DNA from: Planctomycetota bacterium
GTDB lineage: Bacteria > Planctomycetota > UBA1135 > UBA2386
NCBI GenBank assembly: GCA_965223545.1
Contig: OZ245006.1
Span: 2,656,001 to 2,720,000, forward strand
DNA: 64,000 nt
Direction: 5' to 3'
In this document: positions 47,961 through 57,850 of the stretch, piece after piece
How the letters are laid out: every line of letters begins with the position of its first letter
Position numbering within the stretch: position 1 is the stretch's first letter
The notes under the pieces: generated by a model
The model's input: only the letters and a program-made list of their open reading frames with translations
The model's database searches: none
Told to the model about the DNA's origin: nothing
Made by a program: the position numbers and the translations under genes

Positions 47961-48830
47961 TCAGAGCTCGCGCACGTCGGGCTCGATCGCCTCGCGCACG
48001 CGCCCCTCGGGATCGACCCAGATCTCCTGTAGACGCAGCAGCTCGCCGTCGGCCCACTGCATGCGGACGTAGTACGCCACGGTCGCGCCATCGCCGAACG
48101 AGCGGATCCTCGGCACCACTGCGGGATTGACGTAGACCGTGCCGCCACGCCGGACGAATCGGCACCGCTCGGCGCCGCGCGGGTGCATCAGCCGATCGTG
48201 CATATGGCCGGCGATGACGCAGGGCACACGCCAGCCGCTGCGCACGATCCGGTCGATGGCCTCTTGCAGGTCGGCGTCGCCCCAGTCGCCGCCGATGTCG
48301 TGGCCGAAGTCCTTGCCGTAGATGTCTTGTGGTTCGCGCGACAACCCGGTCGGGCCGTTGTGCGCCAGCACCACCAAGTCTCGGTGTTGGGCGCGCCGGG
48401 CCGCGTCGTAGATGCGCGCCGCCGACGCGTCCCGGTCGCGTACCTGGTAGAGCTCGTCGTAGACCTCGGGGCTGCGCAGGCTGGGACCGCCCCAGGAGAA
48501 CGGCCGGGCGCCGATCACCGAAACGCCGGCGCGCGGGGCCTCGCGCACGTCGTAGGCCAGATGATCCTCACCGAGTGCGGCCAAGCTCTCGCGGAGACGG
48601 CTCGTCGGACGCCGTCTAGAGAAGCTCTGCCAAGCATCGTGGTTGCCGAGCAGGACCACCTTCTCGGCGCGGATGTCGGCGATCTGCTGCACCATGTCGA
48701 CGTCCTCGTCGCCGAGGTCGCCGACGAACAGCGCCAAGTCACTGTCGGCGCGCTCGAGGAACTCGCGATCCGCGCTCCGCCAGTGGCGATGCAGATCGCC
48801 AACAACGTGGAAGGTGGCGGGGCCTGGCAC
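47961..48830 (-). CDS. Metallophosphoesterase, TIGR04168-like
   Basis: VGDLH, FVGDLG, LGNHDAW, GARPFSWGG, AHNGP.GL, DWGD.DL, GHMH. Confidence 0.85.
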   Translation of the reverse strand: MPGPATFHVVGDLHRHWRSADREFLERADSDLALFVGDLGDEDVDMVQQIADIRAEKVVLLGNHDAWQSFSRRRPTSRLRESLAALGEDHLAYDVREAPRAGVSVIGARPFSWGGPSLRSPEVYDELYQVRDRDASAARIYDAARRAQHRDLVVLAHNGPTGLSREPQDIYGKDFGHDIGGDWGDADLQEAIDRIVRSGWRVPCVIAGHMHDRLMHPRGAERCRFVRRGGTVYVNPAVVPRIRSFGDGATVAYYVRMQWADGELLRLQEIWVDPEGRVREAIEPDVREL

Positions 48831-48911
48831 ACGGGGATCCTAGTGGGCCATCGCAAAAGTTCGCATAGAAAGTCCGCGCCCCTGAACGCCGCCCCTCGCC
48901 GACGACGCGAC

Positions 48912-50789
48912 TCACTCGTCGTCGTCTTTGCCCGACGCAAGCAGGCCGTTCTTGACCAGCTTCTCGCGGTAGGTCGTCCGCGGCACGCCGAACAGCTCCG
49001 CCGCCTTGGTGAGGTTGCCACCGGCTCGCTCGAACGTCTCCTTGAGCGCGGCCTTCTCCTGCAGCTCGAGGCGCTCCTTCCACGTCGATGCGCTGGCGAG
49101 GGCCTCGCCGCCCGGGATCTCATCGCGCGCCGCCGCGGGCACCGAGCCGAGATCGAGGTGCTGCACCAAGATCGGTCCACCGGTGGCGCGCAGCGCCGCC
49201 CCCTTGATCACGTGACGCAGCTCGCGAATGTTGCCGCGCCAAGCGTGGCGGTGCATGAAGTCCAGCGTCTCGGTGGCCAGCTCGGGTGGCTGGTCGTAGC
49301 CCAGCTCGCCGGCCGCCTCGGCCAAGAACCGATTGCAGAGCATCAACAGATCCTCGCGCCGCTCTCGCAGGGCGGGCAGCTCGATCTCCAGCTCGCGCAG
49401 TCGGAAGTACAGGTCCTCCCTGAAACGCCCGTCCTTGACCATCGACTCCAGGTCCTGGTGCGTCGCGGCGAGAACGCGCACGTCGACCTTCACTTGGCGC
49501 CGTGAGCCGACCGGAGTGACGACCCGATCCTGCAGCACACGCAGCATCTTGGCCTGCAGGTCGTGCGCCATGTCGCCGATCTCGTCGAGGAAGATCGTGC
49601 CCTGGTCGGCTTCCTCGAAGTGCCCGCGGCTCGACTGGGTGGCGCCGGTGAAGGCCCCCTTCTCGTGCCCGAACAGCACGCTCTCCATCAGCGCCTCGGG
49701 GATCGCCGCGCAGTTGACCGGCACGAACGGTCCCTTGCTGCGCCGCGACAGCTCGTGCATCGCCCGCGCGATCACCTCCTTGCCGGTCCCGGTCTCGCCG
49801 CGGATCAGCACGGTGTAGTCGGTGGGCGCGTACAGCTTGACGCGCTCCACCATCTCGCCACACGCGGGACTCGACGTCTGCAGCGCGACGTGGCCGTTGC
49901 CCTCGCCGCTCGGCACGTGCTTGACCAGGCTCGAGACCAGCGTGCGGTTGCCCAGCGAGCCGGCCAGCAGGCGGCCGATGAAGGTGGCGCGCTGCAGATC
50001 CTCTCCGGTCAGGACGGTGCCGTCGCGCACGCAATCGGCGTACAGCACCCCCATGGTCTTGCCGAGCGCGCGCACCGGAATCGCGATGCTGGAGCTGATG
50101 CCCTCGCGCCGCACGCTGAGCAGCTGCGAGGCGACCGGGTCGGCGCTGGCGATCGGCACGTGCACCACGCGCCCGCCGGCGCGCACCTGATCCATCAACG
50201 ACCGCGACACGCCGAACTCGGTGCGCTCGCTCTTGTGGTTGAGATAGAACGCGGCGGTGCCGTCGACGGCGTGCTCCGGGGCCAACTCCAACAGCACCCG
50301 GTCGGCGCCGGTCGAACTCAGCACCGCTTCCATCGCGGCGGCGATCATCCGCGCGGGTTCGTGCAGCCCCTCGAGGCTGTCGGCGACCTCCATGAAGGTG
50401 TCGTACCAGGCCCCCACCGGCGATCCGGCCGCGTGGTCGTGCAGCGCGGCCGGATCGATCTCCTGCCCGCGCGCCTCACCCGCGGTCGGCAGGGCGCGAA
50501 GCCGCACCATGGCTGCCCCCACGTTGAGGGTGTCGCCATCCAGCAGCCGCTCGAACCGGCGGCCGACGTTGCCGGTCACGCTGCGCACGGGAAACGGCAG
50601 GCCCGCCTCCGCCCGCACGCTGAGGCCGCTGCTCGGATCGTCCCGGACCTCGACCGCGCGACCGACCACACCGGGCAACTCGACCTCGACCTCACAGCCC
50701 GAGCGGAGCGAGCCGACCCAGAACCCCGCGTCCTCCACCACGAGCTCGCGAAACCCTCCGCTGTCAGTGATTTCGACGTGGACGGACAT
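48912..50789 (-). CDS. Sigma54-dependent activator (FHA-like + GAF + AAA+ + Fis HTH)
   Basis: GETGTGKE, ESVLFGHEKGAFTGA, LDEIG, FREDLYFRL, WRGNIREL, GNLTKAAELFG; GAF region ends GVLYAD; N-terminal LLDGDTLNVG. Confidence 0.93.
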   Translation of the reverse strand: MSVHVEITDSGGFRELVVEDAGFWVGSLRSGCEVEVELPGVVGRAVEVRDDPSSGLSVRAEAGLPFPVRSVTGNVGRRFERLLDGDTLNVGAAMVRLRALPTAGEARGQEIDPAALHDHAAGSPVGAWYDTFMEVADSLEGLHEPARMIAAAMEAVLSSTGADRVLLELAPEHAVDGTAAFYLNHKSERTEFGVSRSLMDQVRAGGRVVHVPIASADPVASQLLSVRREGISSSIAIPVRALGKTMGVLYADCVRDGTVLTGEDLQRATFIGRLLAGSLGNRTLVSSLVKHVPSGEGNGHVALQTSSPACGEMVERVKLYAPTDYTVLIRGETGTGKEVIARAMHELSRRSKGPFVPVNCAAIPEALMESVLFGHEKGAFTGATQSSRGHFEEADQGTIFLDEIGDMAHDLQAKMLRVLQDRVVTPVGSRRQVKVDVRVLAATHQDLESMVKDGRFREDLYFRLRELEIELPALRERREDLLMLCNRFLAEAAGELGYDQPPELATETLDFMHRHAWRGNIRELRHVIKGAALRATGGPILVQHLDLGSVPAAARDEIPGGEALASASTWKERLELQEKAALKETFERAGGNLTKAAELFGVPRTTYREKLVKNGLLASGKDDDE

Positions 50790-50792
50790 GCC

Positions 50793-50883
50793 GTCGGATT
50801 TTCGGCAACAATCCGGCCACCCGTCCAGCACTCACCGTCGAATATCCGCCAATTCCGACCAGATCGGATGGCACTGGAGCCGC
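50793..50883 (+). promoter_or_regulatory. Candidate activator UAS palindromes and sigma54-like -24/-12 element
   Basis: GTCGGATTTTCGGC (50793), GTCGAATATCCGCC (50837), GCCAATTCCGAC (50848); TGGCACTGGAGCCGC at 50869-83 (GG-N10-GC). Confidence 0.4.
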
Positions 50884-50937
50884 CCGCGCCTTGTCGACAG
50901 AATGCCGCCCGTGCGCCCTTGGCGCACCCACCTCTCC

Positions 50938-53604
50938 ATGCCCGACCCCTCGCCTCACGAGCCCCAACTGGTGGCCTACTCGCGCGACCGCACCCTCTGG
51001 GCGCGCGCCGGCGCCGAAGGGCCGGAGGTGATCAAAGTCTACGAGCAGGGCAGCGCCGCCGACGCCCATGCCGAGGCCGAGCGCGGCAAGCGCCTGGCCG
51101 CAATTCCGGGCCTCGTCCGCCACCTGGGCTCCGGCCAGGATCCCGAGACCCACAAGCCCTTCGTCCGGCTGGAGCATCACCGCGGAACGGACTTGTCGCG
51201 ATGGCTGGCCGCGCGCGGGCCGCTGCCAGCGCGGAGCGCGGCGGCTGTCGCAGCGGCCATCGCCGAGACCGCGGCGGCCATGCACGCGCACCGCGACGCC
51301 GCGTTCCCGCAGGGCATCGTCCACCGCGACCTCAAGCCGAGCAACGCGCTGTTGTGCGGCGGCGACCCGCTCGACCCGGCGGTTGCCGACGTCGTCGTGC
51401 TCGACCTCGAGCACGCCACCGGAATCGGCGGAACCCAGACTCCCGGCTTCAGCGGCGGCACGCACGGCTTTGCGCCGCCCGAAGCCTACGCCGGCGCCCC
51501 GCCCACCGCGGCGTTCGACAGTTTTGGCGTCGGCGCCACCTTGCACGCCCTGCTCACCGGCAGACCGCCATTCGAGGCGAGCGGCCACCACCCCGACGAC
51601 TGGGCCGCGGCGGTGCGCGACGGTTGCCGGCGGCGGCCCGCCACCGACGGCCTGCCGGCCGCCCTGCGCGCGCTGCTCGACCGCTGCCTGGACCCCGATC
51701 CCGAGCGGCGCCCACCGTGCGGCGCCTTGGCGGAGCAGCTGCGACAGCTGGCCGGCGAGCACAGTCCGCTCGACAGAGTGCACGCCGCGATCTTGCGCGG
51801 CGACCTCGCCGAGGCCGAACGCGCGGCGGCCGCCGCCAGCGGCGATGGCGATGAGACCGAACGCAACATCGAGCTCAACACCATGGTGCGCCGGCGACAA
51901 CGCCTGCTGGCCGCGGTCGACACGCCGGACACGGACACTCCACCGGAGGGCATCGCCGAGCGGCTCGGCTGGGTCTTGAGCACGCATGCCCGCGTCGACG
52001 CGTGGCTGCGGCGGATGCCCGGCTCGCCCCGCCTCCTGCAACAGCGCGCGCGCGTCGAGGACGAGCTCGAAGAGCTGCTGGGGCGCATTCCCGAGCAAGT
52101 GGCGCGCCACAAGTACGCCGCCGAATTCGACACCGCCGAGGCGCTGCTCTTGGCGACCGGTCAAGCCGCGTTGAGGGTGCAAGCCCCCCGCGCGCCACGC
52201 GCCGGCACCGCGCAGCCGCCGGGGCCGATGCAGCGCGACCCGCTGCGCTATTTGGACGCCGCGCAGCGCGATGTGCAGGACGCGGCGCGCACGCACGGCG
52301 TCCTGCTCGAGCGACTGCGCGGCGCCGAGGCGGCGTTCGATCTCGGCGAGGCCGCCTCGGTACTCGACTCGGCGGCGTCGCTGTACAGCGGCGCCAACGA
52401 AGTCGTCGCCGGCCTGAAGGACCGCATCCACCAACTGGGCTTCTACCTCGAGCGCATCGCCGCCGGCGAAGCGGCACTGCCGCGCCTCGAGGAGCACCTC
52501 GCGCTGGCCGGCATCGACGTCGACCTGCAGCCGCTGCGCGCCCTGCAGGAGCGCTGCCAGCGCGCCAGCGCGACCCCCGACGAGGATCGCTTGGTGCCCG
52601 CCCACAAGGCGCCGACCCTGCGCAGCCTGCGCAGTGCCGTGCACGATTTGCTGGCGCAGTTCCCGCACATCGGCGAGAGCGCGGCGTCCGCTCTGGCGAC
52701 GTTGGACCACGCCTTTGCCGCACTGACCGACTGGTGCTGGGATCAGCTCGCCGACGGCCAGCGCAAGCTCGATCTGGTACCGATTCCGATCCGACCGCTC
52801 AGCGGCATCATCAACCGCGTCGATACGCTTCGCCTGGCCGAGGTGCTCGTCGACCGGCCGGACCGATCCCGCACCCAGCTGCTCGACGAGCACGAGCTGT
52901 TGCGGCTCAAGGTCGACCAGGCCCGCACCACACGGGACCGGCTGGCGCGCGGCGCCGAGGAAGCCTTCGAGCGCGGCCACCTGACCACAGCGCTCTACGA
53001 GATGGAGCGCGCCGTCGATCAGTATGGCGGCGAGACCGGAGAGCTCGAACGCGATGGTCAGCGGCTGGCCGAGCAACTGGCCGCCGCGCGCGAGCGCAAG
53101 CAAGCCATCGAGGAAGCCGCCGCGCGCAGCATGCAGCTGGCGGCGAAAGTGGCGGCGCTCGACGACGCCGACGCGAGCCCGCGCGAACGGCTGGAGGTGC
53201 TCGCCGAACGCCGACAAGTGCTCGTCTTCTTGACCCAGAACCTGCAGCGCGAGCGGGTCGCTCCGTACGAAGCGGACCTGCACCAGGTCGATGCGCAGAT
53301 CTTGGCCGCGCGGGCCGCCGAAGCCGAGGAGCGGTGGCCGGCGTGCACCGACGCTCGCGCCCGCCAGGCCTTGGCCCGGGAGAGCGTGGCGGCCTTCGAC
53401 CACCAACGCCGGTCGGTCGAGCTGCCGGAGAGCTTGCAGCGCGATCTCCACCGATGGGAGCAACGCCTGCGCGAAGCCAGCGCCGAGCTCGGCGACGAGG
53501 AACGTGCGGCAGAACGATCGATCCGGCGCCGCCGGTTGGTCTGGGTCGCCATCGCGATCGTGGTTCTCGGGGTGGTGGTCGCGGTCGTGTTGGCTGCCCA
53601 GTAG
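50938..53604 (+). CDS. Ser/Thr protein kinase with long helical region and C-terminal TM anchor
   Basis: VIKVY, HRDLKPSN, DLE (for DFG), GTHGFAPPE, D.FGVG, DPDPERRP; terminal hydrophobic helix. Confidence 0.88.
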   Translation: MPDPSPHEPQLVAYSRDRTLWARAGAEGPEVIKVYEQGSAADAHAEAERGKRLAAIPGLVRHLGSGQDPETHKPFVRLEHHRGTDLSRWLAARGPLPARSAAAVAAAIAETAAAMHAHRDAAFPQGIVHRDLKPSNALLCGGDPLDPAVADVVVLDLEHATGIGGTQTPGFSGGTHGFAPPEAYAGAPPTAAFDSFGVGATLHALLTGRPPFEASGHHPDDWAAAVRDGCRRRPATDGLPAALRALLDRCLDPDPERRPPCGALAEQLRQLAGEHSPLDRVHAAILRGDLAEAERAAAAASGDGDETERNIELNTMVRRRQRLLAAVDTPDTDTPPEGIAERLGWVLSTHARVDAWLRRMPGSPRLLQQRARVEDELEELLGRIPEQVARHKYAAEFDTAEALLLATGQAALRVQAPRAPRAGTAQPPGPMQRDPLRYLDAAQRDVQDAARTHGVLLERLRGAEAAFDLGEAASVLDSAASLYSGANEVVAGLKDRIHQLGFYLERIAAGEAALPRLEEHLALAGIDVDLQPLRALQERCQRASATPDEDRLVPAHKAPTLRSLRSAVHDLLAQFPHIGESAASALATLDHAFAALTDWCWDQLADGQRKLDLVPIPIRPLSGIINRVDTLRLAEVLVDRPDRSRTQLLDEHELLRLKVDQARTTRDRLARGAEEAFERGHLTTALYEMERAVDQYGGETGELERDGQRLAEQLAAARERKQAIEEAAARSMQLAAKVAALDDADASPRERLEVLAERRQVLVFLTQNLQRERVAPYEADLHQVDAQILAARAAEAEERWPACTDARARQALARESVAAFDHQRRSVELPESLQRDLHRWEQRLREASAELGDEERAAERSIRRRRLVWVAIAIVVLGVVVAVVLAAQ

Positions 53605-53688
53605 CCGAGTAGCGGCCAACCGCTCGGCGGAGGAGTAATATTGGGTCCGGCCAACAACCCAATGGTTTCCCTGTAACGGGGCGACCCG

Positions 53689-55281
53689 TTGATCGACCAA
53701 TCAGGGCCCCACGGCAGAAGCCCAACCGACGACGAGAGCGCTCGGACCCGGCTTCCCGCATATCGCCAAACCGAAATCACCCTGTCCGCGCCCCACCCCA
53801 AGCCGCCCCCCAGCCCGCGGCCCGGGCCGTCGCCCGGCGCCCTTGGCCTGCTCGCGCTCTCGATCAGTGGGTTCTGGCTGCTGGTGTTCTACCCCGGAGC
53901 CATGTCGGTCGACGGCATGATGCAGTGGGAGCAAGCCAGGGACGACATCTACTACAACTGGCACCCGCCGTTCCTGGCGCTGTTGATGCGCGCCAGCCAG
54001 ACCCTCGCGGATGGTCCTTGGCTGCTCGGACTGATCCAGGGCACCGCCTTCTGGTTCGCCGCGTTCTACCTGTTGGCCCAGCTGTTCGCGACCAGGGTCG
54101 CCTTCTGGAGCACCGTGGCCGCGACCGCCCTGCTGCCGCCGCTGTGGCTCTACTCGAACGCGCTGATCTCCAACACCTGGGCGAGTCTGTGCGTCTTGTT
54201 GGCGCTCGCCTTCTTGCTCCGCGCCCAACGAGTCCCTGCCGCCGGCGGCAAGTGGGGAGCACTCATGGTGCTGAGCCTGGCCATGGCCGTGGCCTTTCGG
54301 CGCGAGTCGATCCTGGTCGCCGCCGCGTTGATCCTGCTGTATCTGTCCACTGCCCACCGCGGGCGTTGGGGTCCGCGCAAGCTCGCCTTGGGATTGGCGC
54401 TCGGCGTCGCCACTCTGATTCCCCAGCGCTTGGTCGAGCTGCACCCCGACATCCGCACGCTCGATCACCCGGCCGCCCACGGCGTCTTCAATCAGTACGT
54501 CGGGACCATGGTCAACGCGCGGCACTCCATGGAAGCGCGCGCGGTAGACGCCGAGCGAACAGCGGTCGACGCGGAGTTCGGCGAGGGCACGTTCGACACC
54601 TTGCTGGAGGCGTACCGTTGCTACTCGGGTGACTACATCCTGGTCCACCGTCACGTTCCGGCGGTGATCGGCCGCAACCGCCTCAGCTTGGAGTTCGCCG
54701 CGAGCAAAACGGTCTCGGCCGCGTTGCACCACCCGATCGCTTGGCTCAAGCACGTTCGCTGCTACCTCTGGCGCTTGGCGCAAGGGCCGCAACTCACCTA
54801 TCAGGGTTGGGGCGTCGTCGACGACGACCCCGGGGTCGTCGCGCTGCGCAACCGCAACGGCCTGCAATGGGACTCGCGCCTGCCAGCGGTTCGGGCGGCC
54901 TACGCCAGCCTGATGGGTCGGCTGCTCGAAGACCCGGTGCTGTCCGTGCTCTTCAAGCACTGGGTGTTTCTGCTGATCCTGCTGGCCGGGTTCGCGGTGG
55001 GCGTCGCGACTCGTGACGCGCCGCTGTTCGCGGTCGGCCTCGCCGGCCTGAGCTACCCCATCGGCTATCTGGTCGCCGGGCCATCCACCCTGTGGCGTTA
55101 CCTGATGCCGTCGTACCTCTGCGGATGGATCACCCTGTTCTTGCTGGTCGGCTGGATCATTGACCGGCGAACACGCCGCGGGTCCGCACTGCCAACGGGG
55201 ACGGTGCGAACCCTGCCCGTCCCACGTCCCTCGGATCAGGGCCGGCGGCCCATTGCCGCGGCGGACAGCCACCGCGGATGA
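53689..55281 (+). CDS. Polytopic membrane protein, DUF6020/GT-C-like
   Basis: FYPGAMSVDGMMQWEQA...NWHPP, many TM helices, C-terminal RYL; start uncertain (TTG). Confidence 0.65.
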   Translation: MIDQSGPHGRSPTDDESARTRLPAYRQTEITLSAPHPKPPPSPRPGPSPGALGLLALSISGFWLLVFYPGAMSVDGMMQWEQARDDIYYNWHPPFLALLMRASQTLADGPWLLGLIQGTAFWFAAFYLLAQLFATRVAFWSTVAATALLPPLWLYSNALISNTWASLCVLLALAFLLRAQRVPAAGGKWGALMVLSLAMAVAFRRESILVAAALILLYLSTAHRGRWGPRKLALGLALGVATLIPQRLVELHPDIRTLDHPAAHGVFNQYVGTMVNARHSMEARAVDAERTAVDAEFGEGTFDTLLEAYRCYSGDYILVHRHVPAVIGRNRLSLEFAASKTVSAALHHPIAWLKHVRCYLWRLAQGPQLTYQGWGVVDDDPGVVALRNRNGLQWDSRLPAVRAAYASLMGRLLEDPVLSVLFKHWVFLLILLAGFAVGVATRDAPLFAVGLAGLSYPIGYLVAGPSTLWRYLMPSYLCGWITLFLLVGWIIDRRTRRGSALPTGTVRTLPVPRPSDQGRRPIAAADSHRG

Positions 55282-55290
55282 CCCGCCCGC

Positions 55291-56133
55291 TCAGTCCCCG
55301 CGGGCCTTCGTGCCCGCCGGCCGGAACGGCGAGGTCTCACTCTTCTCCGGCTGCGGCCACGACGCGGACTTGTGGTCGTTCCACCAACTCTGCCAGGCGA
55401 CGCCGGTCGCATGCTCGACGCCGGTCAGCCGGGTGAGGGTCGCGAGCCAGGGCTTCTTGATCGCGTCGAGGCGGCGCTGGGCCATGTCGGCGGTGAGGTT
55501 GACCGGTTCGCCAGGCCGCCCCATGACGGTTTGGCCCTCGGCGCCGGCGAGCTCGAGCACCAGGCGCTTGACGATGTCTTTGCGCACGGCCTCGGCCGCG
55601 CCGGCAAACTCGGCGAGCGCCTCCCCCGCCGCGGCCTGCAGCGCGGGCTCGATCGCCCGCGACGCGGCCTTGAGCAGGACGTCGACCGCAGCCGGCTGCC
55701 GGGTCCGGCCGATCGCGCGCAACAGCGCGCAGCGCACTTCGACGGCCTCGCCGCGGGTCGGGAGGCGCTTGCCGTCGTAGGCGCGGCGCAGCTGGGCGAG
55801 TCCGTCCTTGCCCAGCTGTGCCAAGACCTCCGCGACTCCCTCGTACAGCGGGTAGCGCTCGGGCGGGAGTGGCCGCCCGCGGTTGAGCAGCGCGCCCGCT
55901 GTGCGCGCCAGCTTCTTCGCTTCCGCGCCCGACGGTGGAGGCGCCGCTTCGAGAGCGGCCGCTGCCCCGCGCAGCGACGCCAACGCGTCGGCGTCGCGCT
56001 CGCCCCCGGCGGCGATCGCGGTCTTGGTGATCTCGAGCAGATCGGCCGAACTCTCCGCCGCGTCGGGCGGAGACTGCGCGACCGCTGCACCGACGGCCAG
56101 CAGGCCCGTCGCCATGATCAAGGCGCACCGCAT
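55291..56133 (-). CDS. Secreted HEAT-repeat-like protein
   Basis: Signal ...AAVA|Q; ALLRAIGRT, AAAGEALAEF, L.RLTG.E....W..WW. Confidence 0.65.
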   Translation of the reverse strand: MRCALIMATGLLAVGAAVAQSPPDAAESSADLLEITKTAIAAGGERDADALASLRGAAAALEAAPPPSGAEAKKLARTAGALLNRGRPLPPERYPLYEGVAEVLAQLGKDGLAQLRRAYDGKRLPTRGEAVEVRCALLRAIGRTRQPAAVDVLLKAASRAIEPALQAAAGEALAEFAGAAEAVRKDIVKRLVLELAGAEGQTVMGRPGEPVNLTADMAQRRLDAIKKPWLATLTRLTGVEHATGVAWQSWWNDHKSASWPQPEKSETSPFRPAGTKARGD

Positions 56134-56297
56134 GGTCCCGCTATCCTCCGGCCAAGCCGCCGGCGTGGCAAGCGCCCGAGGTCGAACACGCTGCGCCGCG
56201 TACATGAGAAGCCTCGTCGGCCCCGACCGTCACGGGCTCGCCCCGGGCAGCGAGAACGCCTCATCACGCAGAACGAGTCTGGCACGATAGTTCGGTT

Positions 56298-57790
56298 GTG
56301 GACGAGCAACAGAACAATTCGAGCACCGGGCAGGTCGACGACGCCGAGGACATCAAGTGCCTGGTTGCCGCCGGCACGGCGCTGCAGCGCTTGTTCTACC
56401 TCCAGCTCCTCGTCGCGCTGGTGGTTCTGTATTTGCTGGTCGAAGCCTTGGGGTTCAGTGTGTTCGCCACCGACGAGGGAAACCGCGTGCGCCAAGCCGT
56501 GGATGGGCAGTTGGTGACGCTGGAGCCGCTCCTGGTGCTTAATGACGCGCTGTATCAAGACCCACGGACGGCAGCCGACTACCAGCAGTTCCTCGCGCCC
56601 TTCGCGGCGATCGAGTCGACGGCCGTGACCGCAATCGTCGGCGCGGACGTGTCTTCGGCCGAGTGGAAGAAACTCGACCCGCGCGACCTGGATCGAGCCG
56701 GGACACGAACCACTCGCTCACTGGCTTAGGGGTGCAGCTGGACCTCTACAGCAATGACGACTACCGCGAGCTGCCGGTCTTCAACCTGATCGACTTCGCC
56801 CGGCTGTTCGTACACCCCGAGCCACTGGACCATGCCACGCTCGTACAAAACCTGCGTGCCGGCTTGCGCGTCGCAGAAGGTCTGGATCATGCGGTGCCAG
56901 CGCCGCCGGAGCCGTGGCCGAACTCGTTCGCCTTCCCGCACTACGCGCGCGAAGTCCGCGGCGACGACGAGCTGGTGCGCTTGATCGAGGCGTGTCCGAG
57001 CATGGAGGAGATCCGCGCCGCGGTCGCTGCGGTCCAGCACTTCGCGGCGCAGAACGACCTCACCAACCCGAACGACACACCACGCGGGATTCGCGGTCTC
57101 TTGACCGCCGAGAAGCAGAACCTCGAGTCGCTGGAGGGTGGCGACAAGGTCGACATTTCGTTCCTCCCAACCGGCGTCGAGCGCATGCTGCTACTGATCG
57201 CGTCGCCGCTCGCACTGACGTTCCTGGGCCACCTCTTCCTCGGGCAGTACCGGCGTCGCCGCGCCATCCTGGCTCAGCTCGTGCGCACGAGACCGCGGTC
57301 CGATCTGGCTCTGCGGGAGTATCCGTGGCTGCTCAGCAACCTCGACCTCGAGGGATCGGTGGCGGCCAACGGCTCGGTGCTACGCGCCCTGCTGGTGGTT
57401 GGGCTCGGCGCGCCGCTCGCGTGCCAAGGCTCGATCGCGGCCTTCGCGTGGACGAACCTGCAGGCCGACACCGGGCGCTGGCTGGTGCTCGTTCTGACAT
57501 CGGTCTGTCTGGTGCTGTCGTCGTGGGCGACGTGGCACGTGGTACGCGACCGGATGCGCTGGACGCACGCCACACCGAGACGAGACTCGGACGGTGAGGG
57601 CTCTCTCGAGCCCCCCGCTACGGACCAGACCGAAGGCGACCGCGCAGGGTCCTATGTCGGCACGCTCCAGGGGCGCTGCTTCCATCTGCCGACGTGTGCC
57701 CGCGTCGATGGTCTCGACGGCCTGATCGCCTGGAGCAGCCGGGAGTTGGCGTCGCGAGACCGCCGCGCCTGCAGGGTCTGTAGCCCGTGA
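56298..57790 (+). pseudogene. Split or frameshifted membrane protein with C-terminal Ada-like Zn-binding domain
   Basis: ORF 56298..56729 (one TM) overlaps ORF 56663..57790 in another frame; tail YVG....FHLPTC...RRACRVCSP. Confidence 0.55.
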
Positions 57791-57850
57791 GGCATTGGCG
57801 GCCGTGCTCGACGACCTGGGGTAGCCGGGAACTCAGCGCTGCCAGCGTAT

